From Seison nebaliae (lineage: Eukaryota), in contig JALJEE010002401.1 in the NCBI GenBank assembly GCA_023231475.1, positions 1 to 58,410 on the forward strand: 58,410 bases of DNA, in the 5' to 3' direction. The notes under the pieces are model-generated. The model searched no databases, was not told where the DNA came from, and was given only the letters and a program-made list of their open reading frames with translations. The position numbers and the translations under genes are program-made. Of this stretch, positions 13,915 through 26,628 are shown in pieces (the stretch's first letter is position 1; every line of letters begins with the position of its first letter).

Positions 13915-14860
13915 TTGTCTATGGTGACAATGATGAATAATAGTTCCGAAGCACCCGAAAAGTCAATTGGTGAAGACAAGAGAGGAAGCGGAAGACCGAA
14001 AGGTTCTAATACACCTTCAACGAATAAACGAACCTGTTTGGGTACAGGTGTAGATAGTATTTGTTCGATCAAAAAAACGGAATTGCTGTCAATTGAATTA
14101 AAACTGAATCGTTTGCTTTCCGAGAATGTGGAGTACAAGAAGGACATGGTGTTTCTCTGAGAAAAATTGACGGAAATATGTGAAAAAGTAGAAAAAATCA
14201 ACGTAATCGTCAAACAATGTTGAGCAAGAGAGCTTAAAGAACAATATCTGAAAAGTTAATTATTCACGATTCCATCATTTCTGTTCCTGTTGCTAATGAG
14301 AATAGCAAGATTAATAAGAAGGAAAACTTATTGAACAAAAAAAACAAATCGATTCTTCAAAAAAACAAAAAATAATCCATGAGAACAATCCAAAACCATT
14401 CACGGATGATAATAATGCAAGAGTAAGCAAATCGAAGAACGTGAAACATTCTCTGGTGGTTTGTGATGGAAACGTGGATTCTGACTTTGTCCCAATCAAG
14501 AAAGATCAATCGAAAGTCACAAGAACAATTTTTCTAGAAGGTGTTCCTCGTTCCATAGATTTATCCATAATTGAGAAGCATCTGAAATCTAAGCAAATTG
14601 AATACGGTCAAATCTCGAGAGTTTTTTTTAAGTTTTTCGTTAATTTTCGACTAATAAATAGCCCCCAAAAATCGGACAAAACCGAACATGGACAATTATC
14701 ATTAAAAAACAATTTTCAACACAGGAAAATTTTACCTCAAAAAAAATAATAATGGTCAAAGAGAATAAAGGAGAATTTAAAAGGATAGGTCTGATTGAAT
14801 AACCAACTCGTACCGATCCAACCGGGAGGGAAAACCTATTCAATATTAATTATATGCTTT
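13915..14860 (+). pseudogene. Decayed gene: AT-hook-like motif + coiled coil + RRM-like domain, resembling non-LTR retrotransposon ORF1
   Basis: GRPKGS motif, heptad segment LLSIELKLNRLLSENVEYKK and RTIFLEGVPRSIDLSIIEKHL, interrupted by stops and frameshifts. Apparent 41-nt GTT..AG intron at 14621-14661. Confidence 0.4.
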
Positions 14861-15012
14861 TAGATCAATTTTAGATTCACATCAATGTTAATAAAATTTT
14901 TAAAAAAAATTCCTTTTCGAAAATAGAAAAAATGATCAATAGTGGTACATGTACCTAAAATCACGACGCTAAGTCGTCTATTATTTCCGATATACCGATA
15001 TCGATCACACCG

Positions 15013-15830
15013 TTGGTTCCTGGTGTCCCAACACAACTTACAAGAGTTAACCAGTTACTCAACTCAGGGAGCATTCGGGAAATGCTCAAGAAATATTCAT
15101 CCAAAAGCGGAAGGAAGAGGAAGAGTGGTGAGACCGATGGTGTTCTTTCAAATTGCGAAACACCTTTCAATGGCATGAAAATCTCAAAACCTAGTTCGAA
15201 TCAAAAAGACGTTCTGACGGAGCTGTGTGAGCTCAAACAGTTATTGAACGAGCTACTGAAAAAAAAAGAACATCATATCGTGAGATGTGAAGTAGCCTGT
15301 CAAACGGACGAATTTCAGCGAAAGATCACCATCTTCGTCTCAACCCGTTGAAGTGAGCGAGAAGTTACCATATAAGTGGTCTTCAACTCATAGTCTACGT
15401 CAGAAACTGGCTGCCAACCAGCAACCACAACCAACCAATGCTACTTCCAAGAAATTAACGAATCCACATTCAACCGCTCAAAAAAAAACGACTAACTCAA
15501 CAAGGATCAACGAAAGTTTTCAACTTTCAACGACTAACGAAGAAACCAGCAGTTGCTGTTACAACCGGCACCCAAACCGATTGTTCCGTCTGTGGCGCTC
15601 CTCTTCGTCAAAACAAACCAGTCCTCCGTTCAGTGCTGCTGACTAACTTCGATTCGCGAACCAAGTTGGCCGACATCGCGTCGTTGTTACAAGAATCAAA
15701 ATTGGGCTTAGTTAAGTTGTGGCGCATGAAGAGTAAGAAATACGATGATTTTCCGAATACGCCTCGATCATTCATCATCAGATTTATCATAGATAAGTCG
15801 GGCATCATTAGATAGCCACGTTCAAGTTCT
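15013..15830 (+). pseudogene. Second decayed ORF1-like sequence (coiled coil + RRM-like)
   Basis: Locally GC-richer. LTELCELKQLLNELL, then after frameshifts VLRSVLLTNFDSRTKLADIASLLQESKLGLVKLWRMKSK..PRSFII, the pattern of CR1/L2-type ORF1 RRMs. No RT or endonuclease seen. Confidence 0.45.
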
Positions 15831-15954
15831 ATTGCCAAAAAATTTTTTGAGTTAAAATTTTAATTTTTAAATAGAAATTAAAGCATTTTTCAAAGGTAAC
15901 TTTTGTCAAATTTCCTTCAATTTTTCTATATTTTTAGAACTCATTAGAGAATAA

Positions 15955-16066
15955 AATCCAGACACATGTAGTTTTTCTCTTTACGACATATAGGAATTTC
16001 TTAATGTAGGAATAAAAAGTAGAAATTTCCTGATATGACAAGATTTTACGACGATGTGTCTGGATT
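15955..16066. repeat. Imperfect 112-bp inverted repeat/hairpin
   Basis: AATCCAGACACAT ... ATGTGTCTGGATT perfect 13-bp ends, plus an inner pair GACATATAGGAATTTCT / AGAAATTTCCTGATATGAC. Confidence 0.6.
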
Positions 16067-17554
16067 AGGAAGGAAGAGGATAGGATAGTTTATTAAGCTA
16101 AAGATTAATAGATAGAGGAAGAGTAAGTAAATTGATAAATTGTAAAGGATTTATGGTTTTTTTGATATTAGGTATAAGTATTGTAAAAAGGAAATTCTAT
16201 TTATAGTAGTACGAGATGATTAATCGGTTTGAACTTGTTCTTGAACTTTGTTAACACATTAGGGTGTGCTAAATAAACTTACAGAAAGAGGATTAATCAG
16301 TCAGTGCGTCTCGTAACTTGTTACTTAATCATGGGTAATTAAGGAGTACTTCCAGAAGAGGACTATGGGTACTCTGACACGAACCTATCGGTGACATCAT
16401 GCTGACGTAAGTTGACATATGCCGGGGTGATAGGGACGTTCAACCAGTTTAGTCTCAGCCATCAGGATCCTAGGGATCACGTTTACTTCTTATCCTGAAC
16501 GTGTCTGTTAGTCATTACAGATTCAATAAGAATTTTATCAATCACTTTCCCGAATATCCAAGGAGCGAGTACGCAACCTTGAAATAATTATATATCATTA
16601 TAGAAGAATTATAATATTTCTAGCTTGTTGTAAACAATTTAATACAACATTCATATTTTCTGTTAGCATATTGAAAACATTTTATGTTTTTTTATTCAAA
16701 GACATCTGAAAATAATCAATTTTATCGATGAATCTGTTTTACCATTTGCATCTGATACTTATTATAATAATTTTTCCACAGTGGCAAAATAATTTCTTCA
16801 CATCTGACACAGTGCATCCGATATTTTTTTCCTACTATTTAATTGGAGTTCCTCATTCTTTTGATGATGCTCTTCGCATTTTCTCTATTTTCAATATTAC
16901 TTCGAGATTTAGGAGATAAAATCGACATTGGAAGCAAGATAACGTGTACAGTGAGTTATTTTACGTGTTCTCTTTAACTTGTCACGAGAAGATTTATTTA
17001 TAATCAGAAAAATAAAATAACCTATTAATATAACTATAAATAATTTTATTTTTTTTTGTTTTTTTGTAAAAAACCTTCCCTAATAACCTACCTTAGGTAG
17101 GCTACCTATTACCCAAAGGTTAACTGCTTTAAGAAACTAAAGTAATAAGGGGAATTTTACATCTTCTAATGGATGTCCAACGATCGATTGAGCGACAACT
17201 ACAGTTCTATTTTGTAGAAAATTGTCTTGAACTGTCCAATATTAAACTTAAAATCTACATTGTTCAAAAAGTGGTAGAGCCTTCAAAAATGTCCGTGTAA
17301 TGATAATTGATATTAGTGGAAAGAATCTATTTGTTCGATTAATCTAATGTCCTATTTATTGTCCAATCATTGGGGTACATTTGCCCTCAAATAAAGCATT
17401 CTAATGCGAAAACTAAAGATGACGTGTAATAATTTCATTGAATGATATTTGATAACAATACAACTTATTTATTTCTTATTTAATATAAATTAAATAGGTC
17501 TAACGACTATAAATTAAGTGTAAGATTATCATTTTCTTTCAGTATATTTTAAAG

Positions 17555-17820
17555 CGCAAGAAATGGCTATGGACCAGTGAGAATGTGGAAGATGGTTCGG
17601 AGAAAGGAATGCACTACAAAGTGTATTGTCCTTTAATTCTCAGGTTCCACATAAGGAAGATGAATATGACGATTCTGGTAAATTCATCTCATTGGAACAA
17701 AAGGACTTCTTTCTCAAACGGTATCATTCTAAATATGGTATTAAATTAAGTTATTCAATACAAGGGAATAGCATACAAGTAGGAGGATATGGTATAAAAA
17801 CTACTAGACGATTCGCATAA
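17555..17820 (+). CDS. Probable last two exons of an unknown multi-exon gene
   Basis: ARNGYGPVRMWKM | GTTCGG..CTCAG intron | VPHKEDEYDDSGKFISLEQKDFF...RRFA*. Upstream exons unresolved. Confidence 0.35.
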
Positions 17821-18025
17821 TAATATAATCTAGTTGTCAATATTCAATAACTTCTCACAAACAATTATCCACAAACCAAATGTTGATTATAAATATAATT
17901 TTATTATGTTAACAAACTTTAAAAATGATAAATATAATTTTTCTTTCAAGTTCAATATATCTGAAAAACTTCTTTATTTATTCCATCGTTCTTTGTTAGT
18001 TTATAAACGATAAAGTAATACAACA

Positions 18026-18520
18026 TTATAAATCTGTCTCAGGGAATCTGTCAGTTGAATCAGATTTTGCTTTTTCTATAATTTTAATGTAAGATTCATT
18101 TTTCTCCCTCATTTCTGTCACTAAGTTTCCAATTTTTCCAAGTGAGATATTCAATTGTTCCTTCATTCGTAAGTGGCTCTCCTCGAGCTTGTTCCTAAAT
18201 TCTTCCTTCAATGCAGATTGGACAATTTCAAATGGTTCGTTATCGATATTATTATTGCGTACATCGATAAAGAACTTATTTACAAAAGACCGAGCATTCG
18301 ATTCTGTCAAATTTGATTTATCTGTTGGTATTTCTCCGGTCTTTTTTTCTAAATCTGGTTCTTTTTTAGGTAAACATTCTTTAGTTTGCTGATTATTATT
18401 CTTGATGTTGTTATCATCATGTTGTTCATCATCGTGGTTTTTCAGTTCTGTTCCATTTATCGAACTGGTGGACATTTCAACCTGATCGTTCTTTTCTTCC
18501 TTTAGGGGAGAATCGTTCAT
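18026..18520 (-). CDS. Hypothetical 164-aa acidic/coiled-coil protein
   Basis: ATG-initiated single-exon ORF with protein-like charged composition and C-terminal heptads. Confidence 0.6.
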   Translation of the reverse strand: MNDSPLKEEKNDQVEMSTSSINGTELKNHDDEQHDDNNIKNNNQQTKECLPKKEPDLEKKTGEIPTDKSNLTESNARSFVNKFFIDVRNNNIDNEPFEIVQSALKEEFRNKLEESHLRMKEQLNISLGKIGNLVTEMREKNESYIKIIEKAKSDSTDRFPETDL

Positions 18521-19315
18521 TTAGAAGACAGTTACAGTTTCAGACTTATAAGATGAGACAATTAAGTTTAAAAGATTATAATAAAATTGGAATTTACAAA
18601 CGGTTGAATAGTGCGCGTTTCTCAACGTTAAATTATTAAGTTATAAATTTTTCTAATTATTTTCTAAATTTTTGAATAAAAAGCTTAATCGAAAGAAACC
18701 TAATACGTTTAATCCAAATAGGATATCGTATGTATAACTTATTTGAAGAAAATCTGAACATTTAATTTTTAAGAAAGTTTCGAAAATGAAAAAAATATCT
18801 AAAAAATTTATCCTATAACTTCTATCCTATATAACTATAAAATGTTTTTTTAATTTCATGAAAATTTTCATATGAATCATTATAATTATCACCTTGAGAT
18901 TAGAGTCGTTTATATTTATTTCATTTTTATAGATTTGAAACAAAATAATTCCCTCCTTCTACCGAATTTAACAATAGCAAATACTAATTTGAATTAGTTT
19001 CATTTTGTCCATGAGAAAGTCCATGAAACATAATATGCTTCTTTTGCGGCTAGAGAATTGTTGCTAGAGACAACCTTATGACAAATTAAAGGAAAATTCT
19101 TTTACTACAATTTTATCTGAATTGAAATTGCATAAATTGAATGCACTGACGCTATCAAAAATTGATTGATAATGTGGATTTTATGAAATAGTCGTATGTC
19201 GATTAAAGTGATGATGTAGAACGAAAAGATTTACTTGTAAAAAAAACAAAATATACGTAATGAAAAAATTAAGAGGTATGGAGGAGAGAATATTAATGAG
19301 GTATGAGAGAGTGAA

Positions 19316-19792
19316 CTATTTTGAATTGAATCGAATGTCAATTAATCGTCTTCCAAACATTGGGACGGAACCAAAAATTAGTTGGAGAGTTTGGTCTTTC
19401 CTAATCACATTCGTTCTAATGCGATCCGATTTATTTTCTTTGACGACTGGTGGAATGTCAGTCGAAGTGTTACCATGAACAAATCGACAGAATGAGGGAC
19501 AATATTTCCGATGTAATTGAACGATGTTATCTTCTGGAATGAATTGTGATAATTTCAGTTTACATTCTTCACATTCGATCATGTCCAAATCATTCTGAGC
19601 ATCATCGTCTTTAGGAACGATGTAAACGAAACCATTTCGAGCTAATTCATCAACGTTGACGAGAAAGAATTGTTCGAATGAATCGAAAGTGGATCGTCGT
19701 CGTTTAAACGAGTAGTCGACTGTGTGGAAACTGTTCAGATTCCGTTTGGGATGTACGACTGTTCCATCTGATAATAATTTCCTCGTACTCAT
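19316..19792 (-). CDS. BIR-domain (IAP family) protein
   Basis: RRSTF...ELARNGFVY...DMIECEECKLKL...EDNIVQLHRKYCPSFCRFV matches the BIR C-x2-C..H..C zinc motif. The 3' end may be spliced. Confidence 0.8.
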   Translation of the reverse strand: MSTRKLLSDGTVVHPKRNLNSFHTVDYSFKRRRSTFDSFEQFFLVNVDELARNGFVYIVPKDDDAQNDLDMIECEECKLKLSQFIPEDNIVQLHRKYCPSFCRFVHGNTSTDIPPVVKENKSDRIRTNVIRKDQTLQLIFGSVPMFGRRLIDIRFNSK

Positions 19793-20081
19793 ATTATCGT
19801 TTCGACATTATTATTATTATTATTATTGTTCCATTCTCTTCTCTTCCATTTGATGGGCAGAGGAGGATGAGGAAGAGGAGTGGTTGAAATTAGAATGAGA
19901 ATTTTATTTACAAAAAAAAATTCTTATGAGATTTCTTTCAACAAATTGTTCGGAAAGCGTAAGCTTATCATTACTGATGTTGTTCTTCCTTCGCCGTTTT
20001 AGAAGTTGACCGACAGAGAAATCAATTTTATTAAATTCGGTTTCTTTCCAATGGGCACAAAGGATCAATAAGTGATTGACA

Positions 20082-20935
20082 TGTTGAAGAAATTCTCTTT
20101 CGTTATTAATCAATTTCTCCGTCGAAATATTTCCATGAAACGGGGACCATATCGTTCGATCTTTTTGAATGGAAATGATCTCATTCATAACAGTCGAGAG
20201 GAGATCGATGTTTATTTGGCGAAAGCGAAAGATGATGGATACAAATCAATATTTGTTGTCGATCTTCCCATGTTAAATGAGAAATCGAATGATTTACTTA
20301 AATATCTTATGAAACTAGATCCTCCATTCCGATTACATCATGCACATTCGACATCGTTAACTCTTCTCCAATGGTTAAGGAAGCGTGCATGTGCCGTTCC
20401 TCCATATGCCACACATCGTGTAGGCGCCGCCGGTTTAGTCATCGATAAGAAGAAACATCGATTATTATTAGTTCGAGAGAAGACGTCGTTAGTTAACGGA
20501 TGGAAATTACCAGGAGGAACGATCGATCTCAACGAACAACTCAGTGATGGAGTGAAGAGAGAAGTGATGGAAGAAACGGGAATATCTACTCAATTCCTTT
20601 CTGTTATCGGTTTCCGTCATCTCCACAATTTCCCTTATGCTTTCGGAATATCAGATTTTTATTTCTTGTGTCATTTACGTGCAACGACATTCGACATACA
20701 AATCGCTCCGACAGAAATCGAAAAATGTGAATGGCATTCATTCGACGACATCAACAACATCGAATTGACTCCGGGAACAAAAGAGATTATGCGACCGGTC
20801 CAATATCATAATTTCAATTTAAACAAATTAGTCCAATTTCCCTCAAGTGAAATTATTCCGAGAAAGATTCGTTTATTCGATGACGAGGAAGAAATTAATT
20901 ATTCATATCGATGGTATTACCAGAAATCTCTTTAA
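20082..20935 (+). CDS. NUDT6: Nudix hydrolase 6-like
   Basis: PPYATHRVGAAGLV, Nudix box WKLPGGTIDLNEQLSDGVKREVMEETGI, and FRHLH..AFGISDFYF. Confidence 0.85.
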
Positions 20936-21076
20936 AAAACACACACACATTAAACTTTCTCATACGTTTTCTTTACGTCAACATTTTATTTTCAAAAATT
21001 TATCAGTTTTTTTTTTCGTTTTAGCAAAATTTTTGTTTTCTTCAATTTTTTTTTAGAGAAAAGTTTACACAATTCT

Positions 21077-23111
21077 TTATCCATCTCCGTTATGTTGTCT
21101 TGCTAGTAAACAATGTTTCTCAGCAATTTCAATAAACTGATTGAACAACGGACGAAGTTTCTTCTCGATTGATTTCAATGGTTTAAATTCATCGAGTGGT
21201 GGCAAATAACTTTTCAAATCAGTTTCATTTGCCCATAAATCAGCTGAAATTAGAATTATTATTAATAATTAATTGAAGAAAATTAGTAATTTAACGATAT
21301 GAAGCCAACATTGCTGCTCCTCTCATTGCTGATTCAGCTGATCGTTCGATTTCCAATTGATCATCATCTCTCAATTGATATCGTTCTAATCGTTGAACGG
21401 TGGTATTAGTAAGAGTAGCGATGATTTGTAACATAAAATCGGAAGATGATAAACCACCGTTACATCGAATTCTCTTCAATGTACGTCCATGAGTCTCCAG
21501 TAGATAAACCGTACGGAATGACATACACATAAGAATAATGAGAAGTTTCATCTTTTTATTCATTTTCGTCACTTCCGATTGTGGCATAATCGATCCGGAA
21601 TGACGAACGAAGAAAAAATCATTTGGAACTTGAATGAAGAAATAATCTGGCAAATTCAGCGTTTCCCAATCAATAAATTTCTCATCTTTTAAATCTAAAT
21701 CATATTGTCGAATCGTTTCATCTAACACATTTCCATAATCCGGTAAATAGGCATGACGTAGCCAACATTGTAGAGGAAAAGTTGATGATCTCGATAATTC
21801 CGATTCGATAGACCATGCAATCAGATTATAACTACCTTTTACATAATTGGATGGAGTTACCGATCCTAAATTGATATCGAGAAAAGTTCCCGTTCCCATT
21901 GTCAATTTGGCTTCGCCTGGAGATGTACAAAAATCTCCAATTAATGCCGCTTGTTGATCACCTATCTATCAATTATATCGTTCATAGAAAAGTAGAAAAT
22001 ATTAAGAAATAGTAACAACACAATTAATTGGTAATTTCATTCCATTTCCCAGAATATATTCACCGAAAAGTGATCGAGAATGGAAGACATATGGAAGTAT
22101 ATCAGATGCTTGTATACCAATCGTGTAACATAACGGACCACTCCAAGTATCCTAAACAACAACAACATATTTCATTTGAAAATTAAACAAATTTCAAAAC
22201 TTTATATGGATCATAAAGACCGGTACTTGACGCACATGTTTTATCAGTTCGAGCGAATCTAGTCAATTTCCATAAGAGATAGGTATCGATTCCTCCAAAC
22301 AAATATTCCTTGTTCTGACATTTACGTTTTAGCTACATTCATTTTTTTACGTTCATTAAGAAGAGAATAAAATAGAATTGAAAAAAGTAAAAAAAATGAA
22401 CATCTGGATATTTTTCAAAAAACCATAAAATTTTCGACGTAATATGAGATGAAGCAACTTGATAATCAGCCAATTGAGCTAATCGAGAAGAGGAACCCAT
22501 CGTCAAATAATAACCAACATTTCCTAGAACTCTCAGAGTCTTTTTTGAGAGAATTGGAGATGTTGTTGGAAGAAAGATAAAATATCACCTTATTCTTCCA
22601 CGAATTGTTACAGATATCTGCAATTTTCTTCGAACGATCATCATTCCACATCACGAAATCATGGACACATTGACCCGTTTCTCTACAAATCATTCATCTA
22701 ATCCTCTTTAATATCGTGAGAGAATTGAATGAGAACTTGTTCCAAAATGTCACTGAATTCCTTTGAACACTCAAACCGATGGATTGAATATTCGCAATCT
22801 TGTTACTACTCAACTTATTCACAGTTCGTTCAATACTCTCATTAAATGCATTCCATAATTCATCAGCTGCTAATGTTCCGATGATTTTCCGTGTCCGATG
22901 TCCAGTACTACTAGAATTATCTTTATCTAACGACAACTATCGAGACGGAAAAAGTGGAAATGAACAAATCAGATTATGACCATTTCCCGACCATTAGAAA
23001 AAAGTTAACAACTTTTGTTATTGTACTCACGACAGTTTGCAATTTTTCATTAATGATTCCACATTTGATGCTACTGGATCCGATATCCACTCCCAAATAA
23101 TATTTATTCAT
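21077..23111 (-). CDS. GK5: FGGY-family carbohydrate kinase, glycerol kinase 5-like, 8 exons
   Basis: YLGVDIGSSSIKC, IGLSVQRNSVTFW, GDQQAALIG, KLTMGTGTFLDIN, IRCNGGLSSSDF, SAMRGAAMLA. Seven introns (6 GTT, 1 GTG). Confidence 0.8.
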
Positions 23112-23337
23112 CTACCCAAGAAGAATGTTTAGAAATTAAAGGGAATTTTTGAAATTGGTTGAAAAACAAAAATTTTTCTAAGAAAATTAAAAAGAAATCT
23201 TTTACAACATAAGAACAACAACAAAAAAAGTTTTTGTATAGGAAATTTTTGTGGGAGATTTTACTTCAAAATAAATTACGTAAAAATCATAAATTGCTCG
23301 TGATGGATTTGGCTTAAGACATCTGGAAATTGTTCTT

Positions 23338-24384
23338 TCATTGTAGCTTCTCTAAATATTCTTCGGGTAAATATTGAAGTAAATTTCGTTGTTTCAAAAC
23401 GGCCTTCGAATAAATCTTCTCCGCATATTTATGACCTGTGTCACATAATGCAGTTACTACAGTACTTCCTTTCCCGATTTGTTGAGCTAGTTTAACGGCT
23501 GCTACGACATTCAACCCCGAAGTGGCTCCTACACAAAATCCATCTTTGTGTAAAAGATCTAATGTGTACTTCATGGCTTCCACGTCAGTGATATGGAGTG
23601 AAGTATCAATTGGTGCGTCCTTAACATTATCAGTGATACGACCTTGACCAATTCCTTCCGTTATCGATCCTTCACCTGTTCGTCCGAGAGTACCAGTAGT
23701 AAAAAATTTATATAATGCACTTCCTTCCGGATCAGCAATTGCTGTCACAATTTTTGAATTTTTCTCTTTTAAAAACTCAGCTACTCCACTAGCAGTTCCA
23801 CCAGTACCTGCACCAAATATAACTCCGTCAACTCGTTGGTTAGTTTGACGCCAAATTTCTGGTCCCGTTGAATCGTAATGACCAAATCGATTTGCTGTAT
23901 TATCGAATTGATTCGTCCACACACAATTCTCATGACTGTCCGCATAATTTTTCGCTTGATGATTATAATTAGCGGGATCGGTAAATGGTTTCGGAGGAAC
24001 TTGAATTACCTTCGCTCCCAATAGCAATAAAGTTTTCACTTTCTCCGGTGATTGATTGTTCGGCATATATATACGACATTTCAATCCCATGGACAAAGCG
24101 ACATGAGCTAAACCGATACCTGTATTACCCGCTGTTCCTTCAACTATCGTACCACCTGGTTTCAAATTCTTTTCTTTCACAGCCCACGAAGTTAAATATT
24201 TAGCTGCCCGGTCTTTAACTGAACCACCCGGATTGAGAAATTCAGCCTTAGCCAAAATGTTACAACCACATTCATCAGAAATTCTTTGTAGTTTGATGAG
24301 AGGCGTGTTACCAATCGACTCGACGAATGAACTGAACTCTCTTCTACTCGATCGTACGACTAATCTATTGAACAATTTATTCAT
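23338..24384 (-). CDS. PLP-dependent cysteine synthase (O-acyl-serine sulfhydrylase type) with mitochondrial-like presequence, intronless
   Basis: IGNTPLIKL, KAEFLNPGGSVKDRAA (PLP Lys), VEGTAGNTGIGLA, NQFDNTAN, GAGTGGT, TEGIGQGRIT. No CBS domains. Arg/Ser-rich N-terminus MNKLFNRLVVRSSRREFSS. Confidence 0.92.
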   Translation of the reverse strand: MNKLFNRLVVRSSRREFSSFVESIGNTPLIKLQRISDECGCNILAKAEFLNPGGSVKDRAAKYLTSWAVKEKNLKPGGTIVEGTAGNTGIGLAHVALSMGLKCRIYMPNNQSPEKVKTLLLLGAKVIQVPPKPFTDPANYNHQAKNYADSHENCVWTNQFDNTANRFGHYDSTGPEIWRQTNQRVDGVIFGAGTGGTASGVAEFLKEKNSKIVTAIADPEGSALYKFFTTGTLGRTGEGSITEGIGQGRITDNVKDAPIDTSLHITDVEAMKYTLDLLHKDGFCVGATSGLNVVAAVKLAQQIGKGSTVVTALCDTGHKYAEKIYSKAVLKQRNLLQYLPEEYLEKLQ

Positions 24385-24599
24385 CTTCTCCTGCCAACTC
24401 TTCAGAGAAATATACGACGACAATAAAAAAAAGAGAATTGAAGCGTAACATAAACTTCCAGTGAGTCATATGCTCATTTATGAAGGAATTGATCAATTAT
24501 CACGTCAATGATAACATCTGTGTGAGATATGTGTAAATATTTGTTCAACTAGGAAGCCTACTCTCCCCCCACCGTCCGTCTACAATTGACATAACATCT

Positions 24600-25220
24600 A
24601 TGGATAAAATTAAACAAGCAGTTGGAATCGACAATTCCGACGACTCCGAATCAAACATCTTGGGAAGTCTCAATGAATTCAGCACACTCTCCTACACCAC
24701 CAGACTGAAGGGCTTTGCCGCCTCATTCATTCTCGGCCTCCTCCTCGTCATCATTGTTAATATTTTTTTAAATTTTCCAAAAAAGTTTTAATTAAAAAAA
24801 TTTTTTTTATGTTTCTAAATTCGGAAAATTTTCTGTAAATTTATCAAATTTAATTTTTTCAATACTAAAAATTTTTTTCCTCAATCTTTTTTAAAGGGAA
24901 TTTTCTGTTTGTATACGGCGAGTTTAACACCGTTCGTCGTTTGTTATACTTTGGGGACGATATGTGGATTGTTGTCAACGGCCTTTTTACGTGGTCCACT
25001 CCAACAATTACGTGACATGACAGAATGGAAGAGAATTACAACAACTCTCATTCTTTTGGGTTGTATCATTATGACTCTCGTATCTGCTCTCGTTATTGAG
25101 AGTACGATATTAACTTTGATATTCGGAATTGCTCAAGGACTAGTACTGTGTTGGTACGCTCTATCATATATTCCTTTTGCGAGAGATTTCGTAAAGAAGA
25201 CATGTGGATCTTGTATTTAA
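24600..25220 (+). CDS. SFT2: Vesicle transport protein SFT2-like, 2 exons
   Basis: TLSYTTRLKGFAASF, YTLGTICGLLSTAFLRGPLQQLRDM, WYALSYIPFARD. Intron 24756-24896. Confidence 0.9.
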
Positions 25221-25374
25221 TTAATAAATGAATGAATGAATGAATGAGAATTGAAAAAAGAAAATTTATTGATACGAACAAAATTTATCATATTCATTTT
25301 TTTTTAATTGATAAATATTTCTCCCATTTTATTATGTTGAAATTTCAATTACATCCCACAGATAATCAAATAAT

Positions 25375-26628
25375 TTATTTTTTTTTCTTCCTTTTTCTCT
25401 TCTTCTTTTTTCCTTCCCATTCATCGTAGTTGGGAGCGAATTGATTCTCTTCGATTTTCATTTCTGATCTTCTCAAACGATTCCATTCATTTCTCCCGTC
25501 TAACAAATTTCTTATAAATATATTTATTGAAAAATAAATAACATTTCTTTATTTCATCCACATCCTCTTCCAGCTTTAAGTCCGTTTCCTCCGGTTCTTC
25601 TAAAACGAATTCCTCCAACGGCATCGGTGGTGGTAATGGCTGAAGTTTCTGTTGAATTCGAAGACGATTCAATCGTCGAATTCTTTCCAATTCCAATTCG
25701 TATTTCTCCTTTTTGATTTCATAATCTTTTTTTCTAGTCTAATTTTAAAAAATGAGAAATATTTGAAAATTTCGAGAGAAAAAAGAATTTGGAAAAAATT
25801 AAAATTTAAAGAAATTAAAAAAAAAATTGATATTAAACTTCGTTATGGTAATCTTTTAATCGTTGCATTTGTTGACGACGGATACAATTATCGGAAGAGA
25901 ATTTGAAATGAGAAACACCAAATTCTCGACTTTCGTCCACCAAACTACAGATTGAATTAAAATGAATTTCTTGCAACTTTTCCACCGTTTCTTGATCATC
26001 ATCGATGACCGCTTGTTGTATAATTAATTGACGTTCATTCTCATAAACCATTAAACGATTAAGATCCGCAGATAATTTCAGTCGTTCGATTTCATCAAAC
26101 GATTTCTCTAAATTGATATTTTTCAATAATTCCTGAATGGAATCTCTTCCTTTCTTAACTTCCAATTCATCCATTTCATGTTTCCTACTAAAATTAATGA
26201 GATAATCATCTTCCTTATTTAATCTCTTTTCAATAATTTCATCATCGTCATCGTCGTCATCAATTTCATCGTCAGAAATTCCATTTTTCACAAGTTGTTC
26301 ATATCGATGTGTTTTCTTCAATAATTTCTCTTTCGATAATTCGATCAATGATTGCTCCTCTTGTATCTCTTCAAATGTCTTATCTTTATTTTTACGTTTC
26401 AAAGAATCTGATGAAACAAATTGAAAAGGAATTCGAGAGAAATTTCTAACTGAAATTTTTTCGAGAATTTTCCAATTTTTTCAATGTCTCCCCATCACTA
26501 GTCGAATGAACATGTTTCAGAGTTTGAGAGAATGGATCTAGATGCTCGATAGACACGACCATATTACGGTCTTTGATCTTTTTCGCATCTTTTCCAGTTA
26601 TCAATAATTGTTTTTTCAGTTCGAGCAT
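25375..26628 (-). CDS. CCDC174: Coiled-coil domain-containing protein 174-like, 4 exons
   Basis: LLKKTHRYEQL, YLINFSRK, ESREFGVSHFKFSSD..RRQQMQRL and C-terminal QFAP resemble CCDC174 blocks. Three GTT..AG introns. Start uncertain. Confidence 0.7.
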
